DNA of 64,000 nt from Patescibacteria group bacterium (GTDB lineage Bacteria; Patescibacteriota; Microgenomatia; Levybacterales; UBA12049): the NCBI GenBank assembly GCA_038064195.1, contig JBBTTO010000002.1:402387-466386 (forward strand). Direction: 5' to 3'. Both the position numbers and the translations under genes were made by a program. Under the pieces are notes generated by a model. It ran no database searches and was not told the origin of the DNA. It saw only the letters and a list, made by a program, of their open reading frames with translations. Below, piece by piece: positions 45,249 to 55,540 of this stretch (position 1 is the first letter of the stretch; every line of letters starts with the position of its first letter).

Positions 45249-45857
45249 TTATTTACCAGCTTCGTCGAGTCTTTTTGCCACGTCGTCCCAGTTGACGATA
45301 TTCCACCAGGCAGCGATATAGTCAGGCCGTTTATTATAGTACTGGAGATAGTACGCATGTTCCCAGACATCCAGCCCCAGAAGGGGGATTTTCCCTTGAG
45401 TTAGCGGGCTATCCTGATTGGGCGTACTCATCAGTGAGACCTCTCCGTTATTATAGACGAGCCACTGCCAGCCGCTGCCAAAAACTTTGGTCGCTTTTTC
45501 CGTAAACTCATTTTGGAAAGTTTTGATTTCCCCAAAGCTGTGTTGGATTTTATCTTTGAGTGTTCCTGTGGGCACTTGATCCTTTTTAGGTGCCATCATT
45601 TCCCAGAACAGGGAGTGATTGTAGTGCCCGCCGCCGTGATTGCGGACTGTCATACGGATATCCTCAGGTATTTTGTCAAGGGAAGTGACGAGTTCTTCAA
45701 TCGGTTTGCCCTGCCACTCTGGATATTTCTCCAAAGCTTTATTGAGGGTATCGACATAGGTGCGATGGTGTTTGTCATGGTGGAGATGCTGGATGTCAGT
45801 ACTGATAAAAGGCGCGAGGGCGTCGTATTCATAGGGGAGGTCAGGGAGAGTGTACAT
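45249..45857 (-). CDS. sodA: Fe/Mn superoxide dismutase
   Basis: YTLPDLPYEYDALAPFIS, HHDKHH and DVWEHAYYL signatures. Confidence 0.9.
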   Translation of the reverse strand: MYTLPDLPYEYDALAPFISTDIQHLHHDKHHRTYVDTLNKALEKYPEWQGKPIEELVTSLDKIPEDIRMTVRNHGGGHYNHSLFWEMMAPKKDQVPTGTLKDKIQHSFGEIKTFQNEFTEKATKVFGSGWQWLVYNNGEVSLMSTPNQDSPLTQGKIPLLGLDVWEHAYYLQYYNKRPDYIAAWWNIVNWDDVAKRLDEAGK

Positions 45858-45930
45858 GAGATCAGTATAACACTTTTTCCCGAATTTTCTGTATGAAGAA
45901 TGTAAAAATTAGATGGTATAATTCATAGGT

Positions 45931-46383
45931 ATGAATAGTGCCCCCAAACATGAAAATATCGGTGCAGTTGTGATAGTTATTCATCCCGACGGAAATAAGA
46001 TTTTACTGGGAAAGCGAAAAAATAGTTATAAAGCAGGCTGGTTTGGTCTTCCGGGCGGCAGAGTCGACTATGACGAGTTACTTCCAACTGGAGCAGCCCG
46101 TGAGCTCCTAGAAGAGGCGGGATTAGTCCCTCAAGATTTGACGTATCTGGGCGTCGTTCGTGAACAGCAAGAGGTCTCACAATTTATTCATTTCGGGTTT
46201 GTGACTCATGTTTTTCAAGGAGAGCCGACCAATGTTGAACCGGACAAATGTGAAGGATGGGAGTGGTATGAGCTGGATAATTTACCTGATCCAATTCTCC
46301 CCGGACACAAGGGGATCATTGATATTTTTCTCTCTCCGGAGCAAGAAAATGTGAGAGACGTTTTATTACAAGAGAAATTATGA
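45931..46383 (+). CDS. NUDIX hydrolase
   Basis: Nudix box GGRVDYDELLPTGAARELLEEAGL. Confidence 0.75.
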   Translation: MNSAPKHENIGAVVIVIHPDGNKILLGKRKNSYKAGWFGLPGGRVDYDELLPTGAARELLEEAGLVPQDLTYLGVVREQQEVSQFIHFGFVTHVFQGEPTNVEPDKCEGWEWYELDNLPDPILPGHKGIIDIFLSPEQENVRDVLLQEKL

Positions 46384-46784
46384 AGAAAATACTTTTTATT
46401 TGTGCAGGGAATGTAGCCAGAAGTCAGATGGCTGAAGCTTTTTACAATTATTTTACTGACTCACTTGATGCCATAAGTGCGGGGGTATTGGATTTTACTC
46501 CTGCCAAATATGGCCATCCTATTCCTGAGGTTGTTGAGGTCATGCAGGAGGAGGGGATAGATGTTTCTCAAAAAAAAGTAAAAACTGTCACTGCCGGTAT
46601 GGTCAAAACTGTTGATGACATCTATGTTTTATGTCCCGAAGAAAAAGTTCCCGAATTCGTAACTGACAGAGGGAGTGTAATTTACTGGGAGATAAAAGAT
46701 CCCTTTGACAGTAGTACTGAAAACTTCCGTATGATCCGCGATGTGATCAAAGAGAAAGTCAAGAAAATAATTATTTTTCAGTGA
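46380..46784 (+). CDS. low-molecular-weight phosphotyrosine phosphatase / ArsC-like (LMWP family)
   Basis: CX5R P-loop ILFICAGNVARSQMAE at the N-terminus. Confidence 0.75.
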   Translation: MKKILFICAGNVARSQMAEAFYNYFTDSLDAISAGVLDFTPAKYGHPIPEVVEVMQEEGIDVSQKKVKTVTAGMVKTVDDIYVLCPEEKVPEFVTDRGSVIYWEIKDPFDSSTENFRMIRDVIKEKVKKIIIFQ

Positions 46785-46855
46785 CGCTAGCGGGAGTCGA
46801 ACCCGCGATCTTCAGAATGAGAATCTGACGTCCTAGACCACTAGACGATAGCGCC
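46782..46855 (-). tRNA. tRNA-Glu (anticodon CUC), 74 nt, CCA not encoded
   Basis: Reverse complement GGCGCTA-TC-GTCT-AGTGGTCTA-GGAC-G-TCAGA-TTCTCAT-TCTGA-AGATC-GCGGG-TTCGACT-CCCGC-TAGCGTC-A. The D-arm matches typical tRNA-Glu (TCGTCTAGTGGTCTAGGAC). Confidence 0.8.
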
Positions 46856-46906
46856 ATTACTAACGCATATTTTACCTTAATTTGAAGCTGTAAGCAAACA
46901 GTATAG

Positions 46907-47698
46907 ATGTTATGCGTAATGTTGTATAATCTTTTAGTGAGTCAAATTACACTCTCAGTTATTATCCCTTCTTACAACGAGATGGCCAATCTCCGTAAAG
47001 GCGTTTTGGAGAAAGTCGATAGCTATCTCACCAAGAAAAAATATGCTTTCGAGGTGATAGTCGTTGATGACGGTTCGACAGACGGAGGAACTGAGTTCAT
47101 TCGTGAATTTGTTAAAGACCACAAAGAATTCCGCTTGCTTGAGAACGAGCATTTGGGGAAAGGCGGAGCAGTCACCGCCGGGATGTTGGCGGCACGGGGC
47201 AAATACCGGCTCTTTACTGACATGGATCAGGCTACTCCGATTGAGGAAGTCTCTAAATTGCTACCACTTTTTGAGGATAAAGCAGATGTCGTTATTGGTT
47301 CACGCTCCACACGCCGTCAGGGATCGCCCCTGATTCGCCGTTTTATCTCCCGTGCGCAAATTATTTTGCGTAAAATGATTATCGGATTGCCGGGTATTTC
47401 AGATACACAGTGCGGCTTTAAGATGTTTAGAGGAGAGGTGGCAGAGCAGCTATTTACAGCCGTCAAAAAAATTCACAAAGGGTTTAAGACCATTCATGGC
47501 TCCAATGTGACATCGGGGTTTGATATTGAACTGTTGTATTTAGCTTCGAAGATGGGTTATAGCATCAAAGAAGTCCCCGTTGAGTGGCTCTATGTCGAGA
47601 CCAGACGTGTCAATCCTGTGACTGACTCAATTCAGGGAGTTATGGATCTAGTGACGATCAAAAAAAATGCTATTGATGGCGTATACAGCAAAGTATGA
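46907..47698 (+). CDS. GT2 polyprenyl-phosphate sugar synthase (Dpm1/GtrB-like)
   Basis: SVIIPSYNEMANL...VIVVDDGSTDGG...TDMDQATP. Confidence 0.75.
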   Translation: MLCVMLYNLLVSQITLSVIIPSYNEMANLRKGVLEKVDSYLTKKKYAFEVIVVDDGSTDGGTEFIREFVKDHKEFRLLENEHLGKGGAVTAGMLAARGKYRLFTDMDQATPIEEVSKLLPLFEDKADVVIGSRSTRRQGSPLIRRFISRAQIILRKMIIGLPGISDTQCGFKMFRGEVAEQLFTAVKKIHKGFKTIHGSNVTSGFDIELLYLASKMGYSIKEVPVEWLYVETRRVNPVTDSIQGVMDLVTIKKNAIDGVYSKV

Positions 47699-48900
47699 CG
47701 ACTCAAGTCCGATCTCGTTTTCTTACCTCCAAAATATGGGTTTTTCTTACTTCACTGTCTGTCCTCTGTCTCTTTTTCTATTCTTTTGTTCAGGTTGATT
47801 TAGGTCTGACTCTGACTCGTACCTCCGTCATTACCACAATTCAACGTTCCTTTCAGTACATCGGCTATTTTGATCGTCCGCTTTCGACTTATTTATATGT
47901 GGGTATTCTTATTTTACTCTTTCTCAGCTATGGCTTAGCATTGTGGTTGGCAGCTAAGGGGAAGTTAGAACGTAAATTGGTCTGGAAGGTCATCATTATT
48001 ATGACCATTATTTTAGCTTTGAGTTACAACGCCTTTTCCTATGATCTCTTTAACTATATCTTTGACGCCAGGATTCTGACTCACTATCATCTCAATCCGT
48101 ATGAGTACAAAGCGCTAGATTTCCCCGCAGACAAGATGCTCGGGTTTATGCACTGGACACATCGTACCTATCCATATGGTCCTGCCTGGCTTATCCTGAC
48201 TGTTCCGTTGTCATTTGTCGGTATGGGTCTTTTTATTCCAACGCTTATTTTATTCAAATTACTGATGGGTGGATTTTTTCTCGTCGCACTTTTCTATCTT
48301 GAAAAAATCCTCAATAAAGTCTCGCCCAAAGATGCTACTCTGGGCCTCGTCTTTTTTGCTTTTAATCCTTTAGTCATTATTGAGTCACTTGTTTCGGCTC
48401 ACAATGATATTGTCATGTTCTCAATTGTTTTAATGAGTATTTATTTTTTAGTCAGCAAGCGGTATCTTTTTGCTTTTTGTTTATTGCTTCTTTCAGTTGG
48501 TATCAAATTTGCGACCGGATTGCTCCTGCCGCTTTTTATTATTATTGTGTTGTTTGAGCGCAAAAAAGTTCCGGTGAAGTGGGGCCAGATTTTTCCTATT
48601 TTTACTTTGACTATGGTTATCGGTCTGGTGGCAGCGACAATGCGTACTAATTTTCAGCCATGGTATTTGCTCTATCTTTTGCCTTTTGCCGCCTTGACAC
48701 CGAGAAAATATTATTTGGTTATTCCGGGTATTATTTTATCGTTTGCCGCTCTTTTAAATTATGTTCCTTTTCTTTTCACAGGCAATTGGGATCCGCCCAT
48801 CCCCTCAATTTTATTTCAGATAAATATAGTGGGTATTGTCATTTCAATACTTCTTTTAGGTTTACTATTTTTCAAAACACATCTTTCTAAAAAAGGTTAA
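47695..48900 (+). CDS. polytopic membrane protein, GT-C-fold glycosyltransferase-like (DUF2029/PMT_2-like)
   Basis: More than 10 TM helices; acidic loop motif YDLFNYIFDARI after the first TM pair. Confidence 0.4.
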   Translation: MTTQVRSRFLTSKIWVFLTSLSVLCLFFYSFVQVDLGLTLTRTSVITTIQRSFQYIGYFDRPLSTYLYVGILILLFLSYGLALWLAAKGKLERKLVWKVIIIMTIILALSYNAFSYDLFNYIFDARILTHYHLNPYEYKALDFPADKMLGFMHWTHRTYPYGPAWLILTVPLSFVGMGLFIPTLILFKLLMGGFFLVALFYLEKILNKVSPKDATLGLVFFAFNPLVIIESLVSAHNDIVMFSIVLMSIYFLVSKRYLFAFCLLLLSVGIKFATGLLLPLFIIIVLFERKKVPVKWGQIFPIFTLTMVIGLVAATMRTNFQPWYLLYLLPFAALTPRKYYLVIPGIILSFAALLNYVPFLFTGNWDPPIPSILFQINIVGIVISILLLGLLFFKTHLSKKG

Positions 48901-48944
48901 TCAATTTGGTCAGTAGTTAGCAGTCAGAAGTTAGGTGTTAAAAT

Positions 48945-50033
48945 ATGCGTAAATTTATTTGGATAACTCTTCTAAGTATTGTTTTTCTTCATTTAGGCTT
49001 TAGGATTATTCAGTATTGGCCGCGTTACATACAGGATTTAGATGGTGAGTACTGGAAAGACCGCTACTTTCAGTCCCAGTGGGTCGTGACTGATTCCAAA
49101 AATCCGATCGGGGACGATGGCCTCTATGCTTATCATGGCTATGAGCTTGTCCTTGGCGGGGATCCGACAGTGATCAATCCCGAGGTTCCGCCACTTGGCA
49201 AATATCTCATCGGTCTATGTGTCCTTGTTTTTCGTAACAATAATATCTTCGGTCTTTTTACCGGACTGTTTTGTCTTTTGACGTTTTATTTTTTTAACAG
49301 GCAGCTTTTCAAAGACAGATTGCTTGCCTTTTTCCCGGTTGCTCTTTTTTCACTCGATCCGTTGTTTTATTCACAGCTGCAGGCATCATTTCTGGACACA
49401 TTATATCTCTCTTTCCTTTTTCTGACGTTTTTGTTTTTCCTGCGAAAGAAATTTTTTATCGCGATGATATTTTTGGGCTGTTTTGCCTCAGTCAAATTCT
49501 CAGCTTTAGCAATTTTTGTCATCGCTACCTGTTTGGTTTATTTATTACTTCAGAAGAGGCGAGCGGATATTATCCGTTTTATCCCAAACTTAATTATGGT
49601 TCCTGTTGTTATTCTTCTGAGTTACTCTCGTTATTTTTTACTCGGGCATTCACTTAGTGACTTTCTAAAAGTTGAGAAATATATCGTGGTTTTTTATGCG
49701 ACTGGTGCTAAAGCTCGTGTTTTTGCTATGGCCATACCGATGCTCCTTATTAATAAGTGGTATACCTGGTGGGACGGAGTTCTGCGCATTCCTGAATGGA
49801 CTGTACTGTGGCCGGTCAGTCTTATTTCCGCTTGCTTTACAGCATTTATACTCAGACCTAAGTCTCCGTTTTATCTTTGTCTGATCTGGTCGTTTGCTTA
49901 TCTTGTCTTTCTCTCACTCACACCTGTTTATCCCCGCTATTTGCTTCTGCTTCTGCCTTTCCTTTATAATTTGCTCATATGGGCTTTGTCACAAAATACA
50001 AAAGTGAAATCCTCTTTTCGCTTGGTATCGTAG
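48945..50033 (+). CDS. GT-C membrane glycosyltransferase-like (PMT_2/GT39-like)
   Basis: First extracytoplasmic loop DDGLYAYHGYELVLGGDP...NPEVPPLGKYLIGL resembles the PMT/ArnT D-E...HPPLxK signature. Confidence 0.5.
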   Translation: MRKFIWITLLSIVFLHLGFRIIQYWPRYIQDLDGEYWKDRYFQSQWVVTDSKNPIGDDGLYAYHGYELVLGGDPTVINPEVPPLGKYLIGLCVLVFRNNNIFGLFTGLFCLLTFYFFNRQLFKDRLLAFFPVALFSLDPLFYSQLQASFLDTLYLSFLFLTFLFFLRKKFFIAMIFLGCFASVKFSALAIFVIATCLVYLLLQKRRADIIRFIPNLIMVPVVILLSYSRYFLLGHSLSDFLKVEKYIVVFYATGAKARVFAMAIPMLLINKWYTWWDGVLRIPEWTVLWPVSLISACFTAFILRPKSPFYLCLIWSFAYLVFLSLTPVYPRYLLLLLPFLYNLLIWALSQNTKVKSSFRLVS

Positions 50034-51493
50034 CCCTTTTTCTCCTCCTCAGGCTGCCGACTCTGACTCAGCTTCCGATCTTTACCGATGAGGCAATTTA
50101 TCTCAGGTGGGCACAAATTGCTCTTCAGGATGCCGGTTGGCGTTTTATCTCACTCACCGATGGGAAGCAGCCGCTTTTTATCTGGGCAGTTATTGTCTCT
50201 ATGAAATTTTTAAAAGATCCGCTTGTGGCCGGGAGAATTGTCTCAAGTGGTGCCGGACTGTTGACGATGCTCGGCCTTTTTTTCTTAGGTCGTGAGGTTT
50301 TCAAAAATAGATGGGTAGGTATAGTGAGTGCCGCTCTTTACTGTATTTTCCCATTTGCTTTGGTTTATGACAGGATGGCGCTCTATGATAGCCTGGTCGG
50401 TACTTTTGCTGTCTGGGGATTATATATGACCTTTTTGTTATTTCGTCGGCCCACGCTTGATAAAGCGCTCCTGATGGGATTTGTGACAGGTGCTGCAGCT
50501 CTTAACAAAACCAATGGATTTTTTACGATTTATCTGCTGCCTTTTGCTGCTATTCTTTTTGACTTCAAAGACAAACTTTGGCAAAAGAAATTCATTCGTC
50601 TTGTTGGCCTATCTTTGCTCGTTGTTGTAATGACGTATGGCTTTTACTCAATCCTTCGTCTATCACCATTTTTTTATATCATCAAACAAAAAAACGCTAT
50701 CTTTTTCTATCCCCTTGGGGAGTGGATTCATCATCCCTTTATGAGTGTTCTCTCCAATTTTTCAGCCTTTGCTGATTGGTTTATGCGTTATGTCGGACTT
50801 CCACTGAGCTTGACAGCCCTGGCCGGATTGATAATTGACAAAAAATTTTGGCGTGAGAAAGTCCTTCTTTTGCTCTGGTTTCTGCTTCCCTTTATCGGTT
50901 TTGCCTTTATCGGAAAGACTGTTTATCCCCGCTATATTTTCCCGATGACCCTCACGCTTCTACCCTTGACCGCGTATACCATTGTGAAATTACAGGAGAA
51001 AATTTCACGCAGCAAATGGATCCTGGTTGTCATCCTTGTCCTGGGCTATTCGGTTCTGACAGACTTTCTTATTATTTATAATTTCGCGGGTTCCCCAGTC
51101 CCGAATGCCGATAAAGGGCAGTACTTGACCGCATGGCCTGCCGGGGTTGGGGTAAAAGAAGCTACTGATTATTTCCGGATGCAGGCAGCATCCCGTCCGG
51201 TTTATATAGCAACCGAGGGTACCTTCGGTCTGTTGCCTTATGCTTTTGAGCTTTATTTGGTCAACAATCCTAACGTCACCATTAAAGGGTTTTGGCCGAT
51301 TAAGAGTCAACCCCCTCAAGAACTCTTGGATGCAGCCAAAAAGCAGGATACCTATATTGTTTTCTATCAGGATTGTCCTGTCTGTAGTGGGGTAGGGGTG
51401 GCGCCGAGTACCTGGCCGCTTCAGAAAATCATGCAGCTGAAGCGTATTGAAGCAGGCTCGTATTTTACTCTCTATAAAGTTATAGCACCATGA
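49979..51493 (+). CDS. GT39/GT83 (ArnT/PMT)-like lipid-carrier-dependent glycosyltransferase
   Basis: LPIFTDEAIYLRWAQIAL matches the FxxDEARYA motif; polytopic. The 5' end overlaps the upstream gene by 55 nt, so the start is uncertain. Confidence 0.6.
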   Translation: MGFVTKYKSEILFSLGIVALFLLLRLPTLTQLPIFTDEAIYLRWAQIALQDAGWRFISLTDGKQPLFIWAVIVSMKFLKDPLVAGRIVSSGAGLLTMLGLFFLGREVFKNRWVGIVSAALYCIFPFALVYDRMALYDSLVGTFAVWGLYMTFLLFRRPTLDKALLMGFVTGAAALNKTNGFFTIYLLPFAAILFDFKDKLWQKKFIRLVGLSLLVVVMTYGFYSILRLSPFFYIIKQKNAIFFYPLGEWIHHPFMSVLSNFSAFADWFMRYVGLPLSLTALAGLIIDKKFWREKVLLLLWFLLPFIGFAFIGKTVYPRYIFPMTLTLLPLTAYTIVKLQEKISRSKWILVVILVLGYSVLTDFLIIYNFAGSPVPNADKGQYLTAWPAGVGVKEATDYFRMQAASRPVYIATEGTFGLLPYAFELYLVNNPNVTIKGFWPIKSQPPQELLDAAKKQDTYIVFYQDCPVCSGVGVAPSTWPLQKIMQLKRIEAGSYFTLYKVIAP

Positions 51494-53889
51494 AAAGGTT
51501 TTCCCTCCTACCTGTTAGCCTTCTTTTACTTATTATCCTTGTCTTTTTCTACCCGATTTTTAAAGGCTGGATCCCTTTCCCGGGAGATTTAGTAGTTAGC
51601 ACCCCACCATACAGTACGCAATCCTTCCTGGGGTATGCACCGGGTGGCGTTCCTAATAAAGCCCAAGGACCTGATGTTATCAGGGAGTCAATGCCTTGGA
51701 AATTCTTTGCTATAACGAGTTTTAAAAAAGGCGAGATTCCTTTTTGGACGCCCTACAATTTTTCGGGCAATCCCCTCATGGCCAATTTTCAGAGCGCTGT
51801 CTTTTATCCGCTTAATGCTATTTTCTTTAGTTTTCCCTTTTTGAGTGCCTGGACGATTTTTATTACCCTTTCACCTTTGTTGTCTGGGTTATTTACCTAC
51901 TTCTTTTTGCGTTCACGTAATCTGTCTACTGTAGCAAGTCTTTTTGGTGGTGTTGTATTTGCTTTTTCCTCATATATGGTTGTCTGGCTTGAGTGGGGGA
52001 ATATCACCCATACCCTGTTGTGGTTGCCTTTAGCCCTTTTCTTTACCGAAAAGTATCGTACCAAAGCCAAGTGGCAGTATCTGTTGGCGCTGGTCGGTTC
52101 GCTGTGGCTGTCTTTTTTGGCAGGCTATATTCAGGAGTTTTTTTATCTCATCATTGTTGTGGCTCTCTATTATTTCGCCTTTGAATTTGGTCTCCTCAAA
52201 AAGTCTCTGCCTAAAGCAGGTATTTTTCTGATCTCTCTTATTTTTCCGGTATTGTTATCGTTATTCCAGCTTTTACCGACATTATCTCTGCTTGCTATCT
52301 CATCTCGTAACAGTTATTCGCTCACACAAATAACGGCCCTCCTTAATCCCTGGTGGTATGCCATAACGATTTTTATTCCTGATTTTTTTGGCAATCCTGC
52401 CGCTCGCAATTTTTGGTTTGTCGGTACGTATATTGAGAGAGTCTCATATTTCGGGGTGATACCGTTCTTACTGGCCGCAACTGCTCTCTTTAGCAAAAGA
52501 AAAGATGTGATGATTTTCTCCTCCATTTTTGCAGTTTGCCTTCTACTCTCACTTGACGTATTCGGAGTCAAATATCTTTACCTTCTGCCTCTGCCGATGC
52601 TCTCGACCACCGTCCCTACCCGAATATTGGGCATTCTTTGTTTTAGTGGCGCGGTGCTGAGTGCTTATGGGCTGGACGCATTGAGGGAAGGGATTTCAAG
52701 GAAGCGTTTTTTTCTGTCAATCCTGCTTGGCGGATTTTTACTCAGTATTGCCTGGGTGTTTGTTTTTTTCGGTTCTCATTTTTTTACGAAAATTTCACCT
52801 GAAAGCTTTGCGGTTACCAGACACAACCTCATCATTCCCACTTTCTTGAGTTTTATTTTTGTGGTTGCAGTTGTGATTCGCTTCAGTACGCTGTTTCGCA
52901 AAATTCCCAGGGCTGCAACCCTTCTTGTTATCTGTCTTTTTGTTATTACACTCGGAGATCTTTTTTATTTTTTCCATAAAATTACTCCCTTCGCACCGCG
53001 TGAATTTGTCTATCCGAGGACACCGGTTATTTCGTACTTACGAGAACACGCAGGTATTAACAGATTCTGGGGATATGGTTCAGCCTACATCAGCAGTAAC
53101 TTCCAGACCTATGACAAGACATTCTCACCCGAGGGGGATGATCCTCTTCATACTAAAATTTATAGCGAATTCATTGCCGCCTCAAATGACGGCAAGTTGC
53201 CGGTAGTAGCATCCCGTCTGGATGCCAATATTAAAGGGGGCTATGGCCCCACAGACCTGAGGAGTAATTTCTATCGTGAGCGGGTCATGGCGATCCTGGG
53301 TGTCAAATATATCCTGAACAAGAATGATTCACTGGGGAGTGAGCAGGATCCTGATACGGGAACTTTCCCCCATGAGAAATATCGCCTTGTCTGGCAGCAG
53401 GCACCCTGGCAAGTCTATGAAAATCTATCAGTTATTCCCAGAGCTTTTCTTACAAACGACTACCGCGTGATCTCAGATCCACAGTCAGCACTTAGCACGT
53501 TATTCAAGCCTGATTTTGATCTTGAGAAGACAATTGTTCTTGATCAGGATCCGCATCTGTCGAAAGGATCCTTGACGAGAAAATCCGTCAAGGTTGTCAG
53601 TTATCAGCCAAATCAGGTTGTGATAGAGACGGTATCAAATGCTGATGCCCTGCTTTTTTTATCGGATACCTATACACCTGACTGGACAGTTACAATTGAT
53701 AGCAGAAATGCTACAGTATATAGAGCTGATTATGCCTTTCGGGCGGTACCAATAACAAAGGGGCAGCATACAGTAATTTTTTCTTATTACCCGGCATCAT
53801 TTGACATGGGACTCAGGGTAAGTATCGGCTCATTTATCGTTATGGTTATAGGACTGGTCATCGCAAAAAAGAGAAAAATACTTGTCTGA
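51490..53889 (+). CDS. YfhO-like large membrane protein (lipid-linked glycan transferase candidate)
   Basis: 799 aa with about 14 TM helices and a C-terminal soluble beta-rich domain ending in a final TM; the layout resembles the YfhO family. Confidence 0.45.
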   Translation: MKRFSLLPVSLLLLIILVFFYPIFKGWIPFPGDLVVSTPPYSTQSFLGYAPGGVPNKAQGPDVIRESMPWKFFAITSFKKGEIPFWTPYNFSGNPLMANFQSAVFYPLNAIFFSFPFLSAWTIFITLSPLLSGLFTYFFLRSRNLSTVASLFGGVVFAFSSYMVVWLEWGNITHTLLWLPLALFFTEKYRTKAKWQYLLALVGSLWLSFLAGYIQEFFYLIIVVALYYFAFEFGLLKKSLPKAGIFLISLIFPVLLSLFQLLPTLSLLAISSRNSYSLTQITALLNPWWYAITIFIPDFFGNPAARNFWFVGTYIERVSYFGVIPFLLAATALFSKRKDVMIFSSIFAVCLLLSLDVFGVKYLYLLPLPMLSTTVPTRILGILCFSGAVLSAYGLDALREGISRKRFFLSILLGGFLLSIAWVFVFFGSHFFTKISPESFAVTRHNLIIPTFLSFIFVVAVVIRFSTLFRKIPRAATLLVICLFVITLGDLFYFFHKITPFAPREFVYPRTPVISYLREHAGINRFWGYGSAYISSNFQTYDKTFSPEGDDPLHTKIYSEFIAASNDGKLPVVASRLDANIKGGYGPTDLRSNFYRERVMAILGVKYILNKNDSLGSEQDPDTGTFPHEKYRLVWQQAPWQVYENLSVIPRAFLTNDYRVISDPQSALSTLFKPDFDLEKTIVLDQDPHLSKGSLTRKSVKVVSYQPNQVVIETVSNADALLFLSDTYTPDWTVTIDSRNATVYRADYAFRAVPITKGQHTVIFSYYPASFDMGLRVSIGSFIVMVIGLVIAKKRKILV

Positions 53890-55540
53890 TATGAAGAGAT
53901 TTTTTTGGGTTTTATTAGGGCTTATTTTTTTAGTTGCTCTTTTTCTGAGATTCTCGCAACTTGCCAAAATCCCTGTCGGATTTCATACCGATGAGGCATC
54001 GCTTGGCTACAACGCCTATTCACTCCTTATGACCGGTAAAGATGAGGCAGGACGTGCTTTCCCGCTTTATATTGATACGTTCGGTGATAATAGGCCGACG
54101 GGCTATAACTATCTTGCTATGCTGCCGATTAAATTTTTCGGCTTGAGTATTTTTGCGACCCGCTTACCATCCGCACTCTTTGGTAGCATGTCTGTTTTTG
54201 CCATTGCCTTTCTTTCTTTTGTTCTTTTCAAGAACAAAAAGATTGCTCTTTTAACAGGCATGCTTTTGGCCATCGCTCCCTGGAGTGTTGTTTTATCCCG
54301 TGCCAGCGATGAGGCAGTTGTAGCACTTTTTTTCATCCTTATCGGCTTTGCCTTTCTTTTTTTGAGTTTACGATCCAAGAGACAGTTGTACATTATTTTA
54401 GGAGGCTTATTTCTCCTCATAAGCTTCTTTTTTTACCACACCCCCCGTGTTTTTGTCCCTATGCTTTTTCTCGTCTTCCTGGGATATTTTTTCTGGCAGT
54501 TTCGTACCCGTCTCTCCCGGACTCACCATACGCTGATGATCTCTGTTTTTTGTTTACTGTCTGTCATAGCAGTCTATCTGGTTTTTCTTGTTAGCGGCGG
54601 GACGGGACGTTTTTCACAAGTCAATATTTTTACTTTTCCTGAGACCAAACTTGTTATGCAGGAGCAAATTCGTGAAGACGGAAGTATGCATGCACCGCTC
54701 ATTACGACACGTGTATTCCACAATAAATTAGTTAATTATCCGCTCACTTTTGTCTCAAATTACCTGACTTATTTTACCGGGGACTTCCTTTTTATCAAAG
54801 GCGGACTGCCGATCTGGTATCAAGTCCCCTCTATGGGTTTGCTGTACCTTATCGAACTGCCATTCTTACTTTACGGTCTTTTCCTCTTATGTAAAAGTGA
54901 TGATCCGTTGAGTAAGTTACCGCTTTTGTGGTTACTTATTGCACCGGTTGTCTCCTCAATTACCGTGGACGATGTTCCCAACGTTAACCGCGTTATCGTC
55001 CTTTTCCCGATTATGGAGGTGATTGTCGGATATGGCCTCTATACCTTTGTGACTAAGTTTAAAAAAAATACAAAGTTATTCATTTCAGTTGGTGTAACTT
55101 TGTTGTTTATAGCTAATTTGCTCTATTTTCAGCATCAGTACATCGTCCATGCATCAACGCACCGAACATGGTATCGCAATAATGGCTTTGATCAGATGGT
55201 TGCTACACTTCAGGAGTCCTATGCCGGGTCTGACCGGATTATTGTCACCAAATCCATGGGTAGTATGTATCCGCTCATCCTTTTTTATATGAAATATGAC
55301 CCTGCTCTCTACCAAAGAGAAGGCTCAAGCAAAGACCGCGAATATACAGGCTTTGGCAAATTCCTTTTTGTTCCTCAAGACTGTCCGTCTATCACCAAAG
55401 ACAGCCGTTTCCCGATAGGGCATAACCTTATCTATATTAATAACGGTAACTGTCCGGATGATAAAGGTAAGTTAGTTAAAAAGCAGGTTATCATCAATCG
55501 TGAAGACGGGACCAAGGCCTTCAAAATAGTCTATGACTGA
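53882..55540 (+). CDS. GT39/PMT_2-like membrane glycosyltransferase
   Basis: FHTDEASLGYNAYSLLMTGKDEAGRAFPLYIDTFGDNRPTGYNY, the DE-motif loop; polytopic. Confidence 0.6.
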   Translation: MSDMKRFFWVLLGLIFLVALFLRFSQLAKIPVGFHTDEASLGYNAYSLLMTGKDEAGRAFPLYIDTFGDNRPTGYNYLAMLPIKFFGLSIFATRLPSALFGSMSVFAIAFLSFVLFKNKKIALLTGMLLAIAPWSVVLSRASDEAVVALFFILIGFAFLFLSLRSKRQLYIILGGLFLLISFFFYHTPRVFVPMLFLVFLGYFFWQFRTRLSRTHHTLMISVFCLLSVIAVYLVFLVSGGTGRFSQVNIFTFPETKLVMQEQIREDGSMHAPLITTRVFHNKLVNYPLTFVSNYLTYFTGDFLFIKGGLPIWYQVPSMGLLYLIELPFLLYGLFLLCKSDDPLSKLPLLWLLIAPVVSSITVDDVPNVNRVIVLFPIMEVIVGYGLYTFVTKFKKNTKLFISVGVTLLFIANLLYFQHQYIVHASTHRTWYRNNGFDQMVATLQESYAGSDRIIVTKSMGSMYPLILFYMKYDPALYQREGSSKDREYTGFGKFLFVPQDCPSITKDSRFPIGHNLIYINNGNCPDDKGKLVKKQVIINREDGTKAFKIVYD

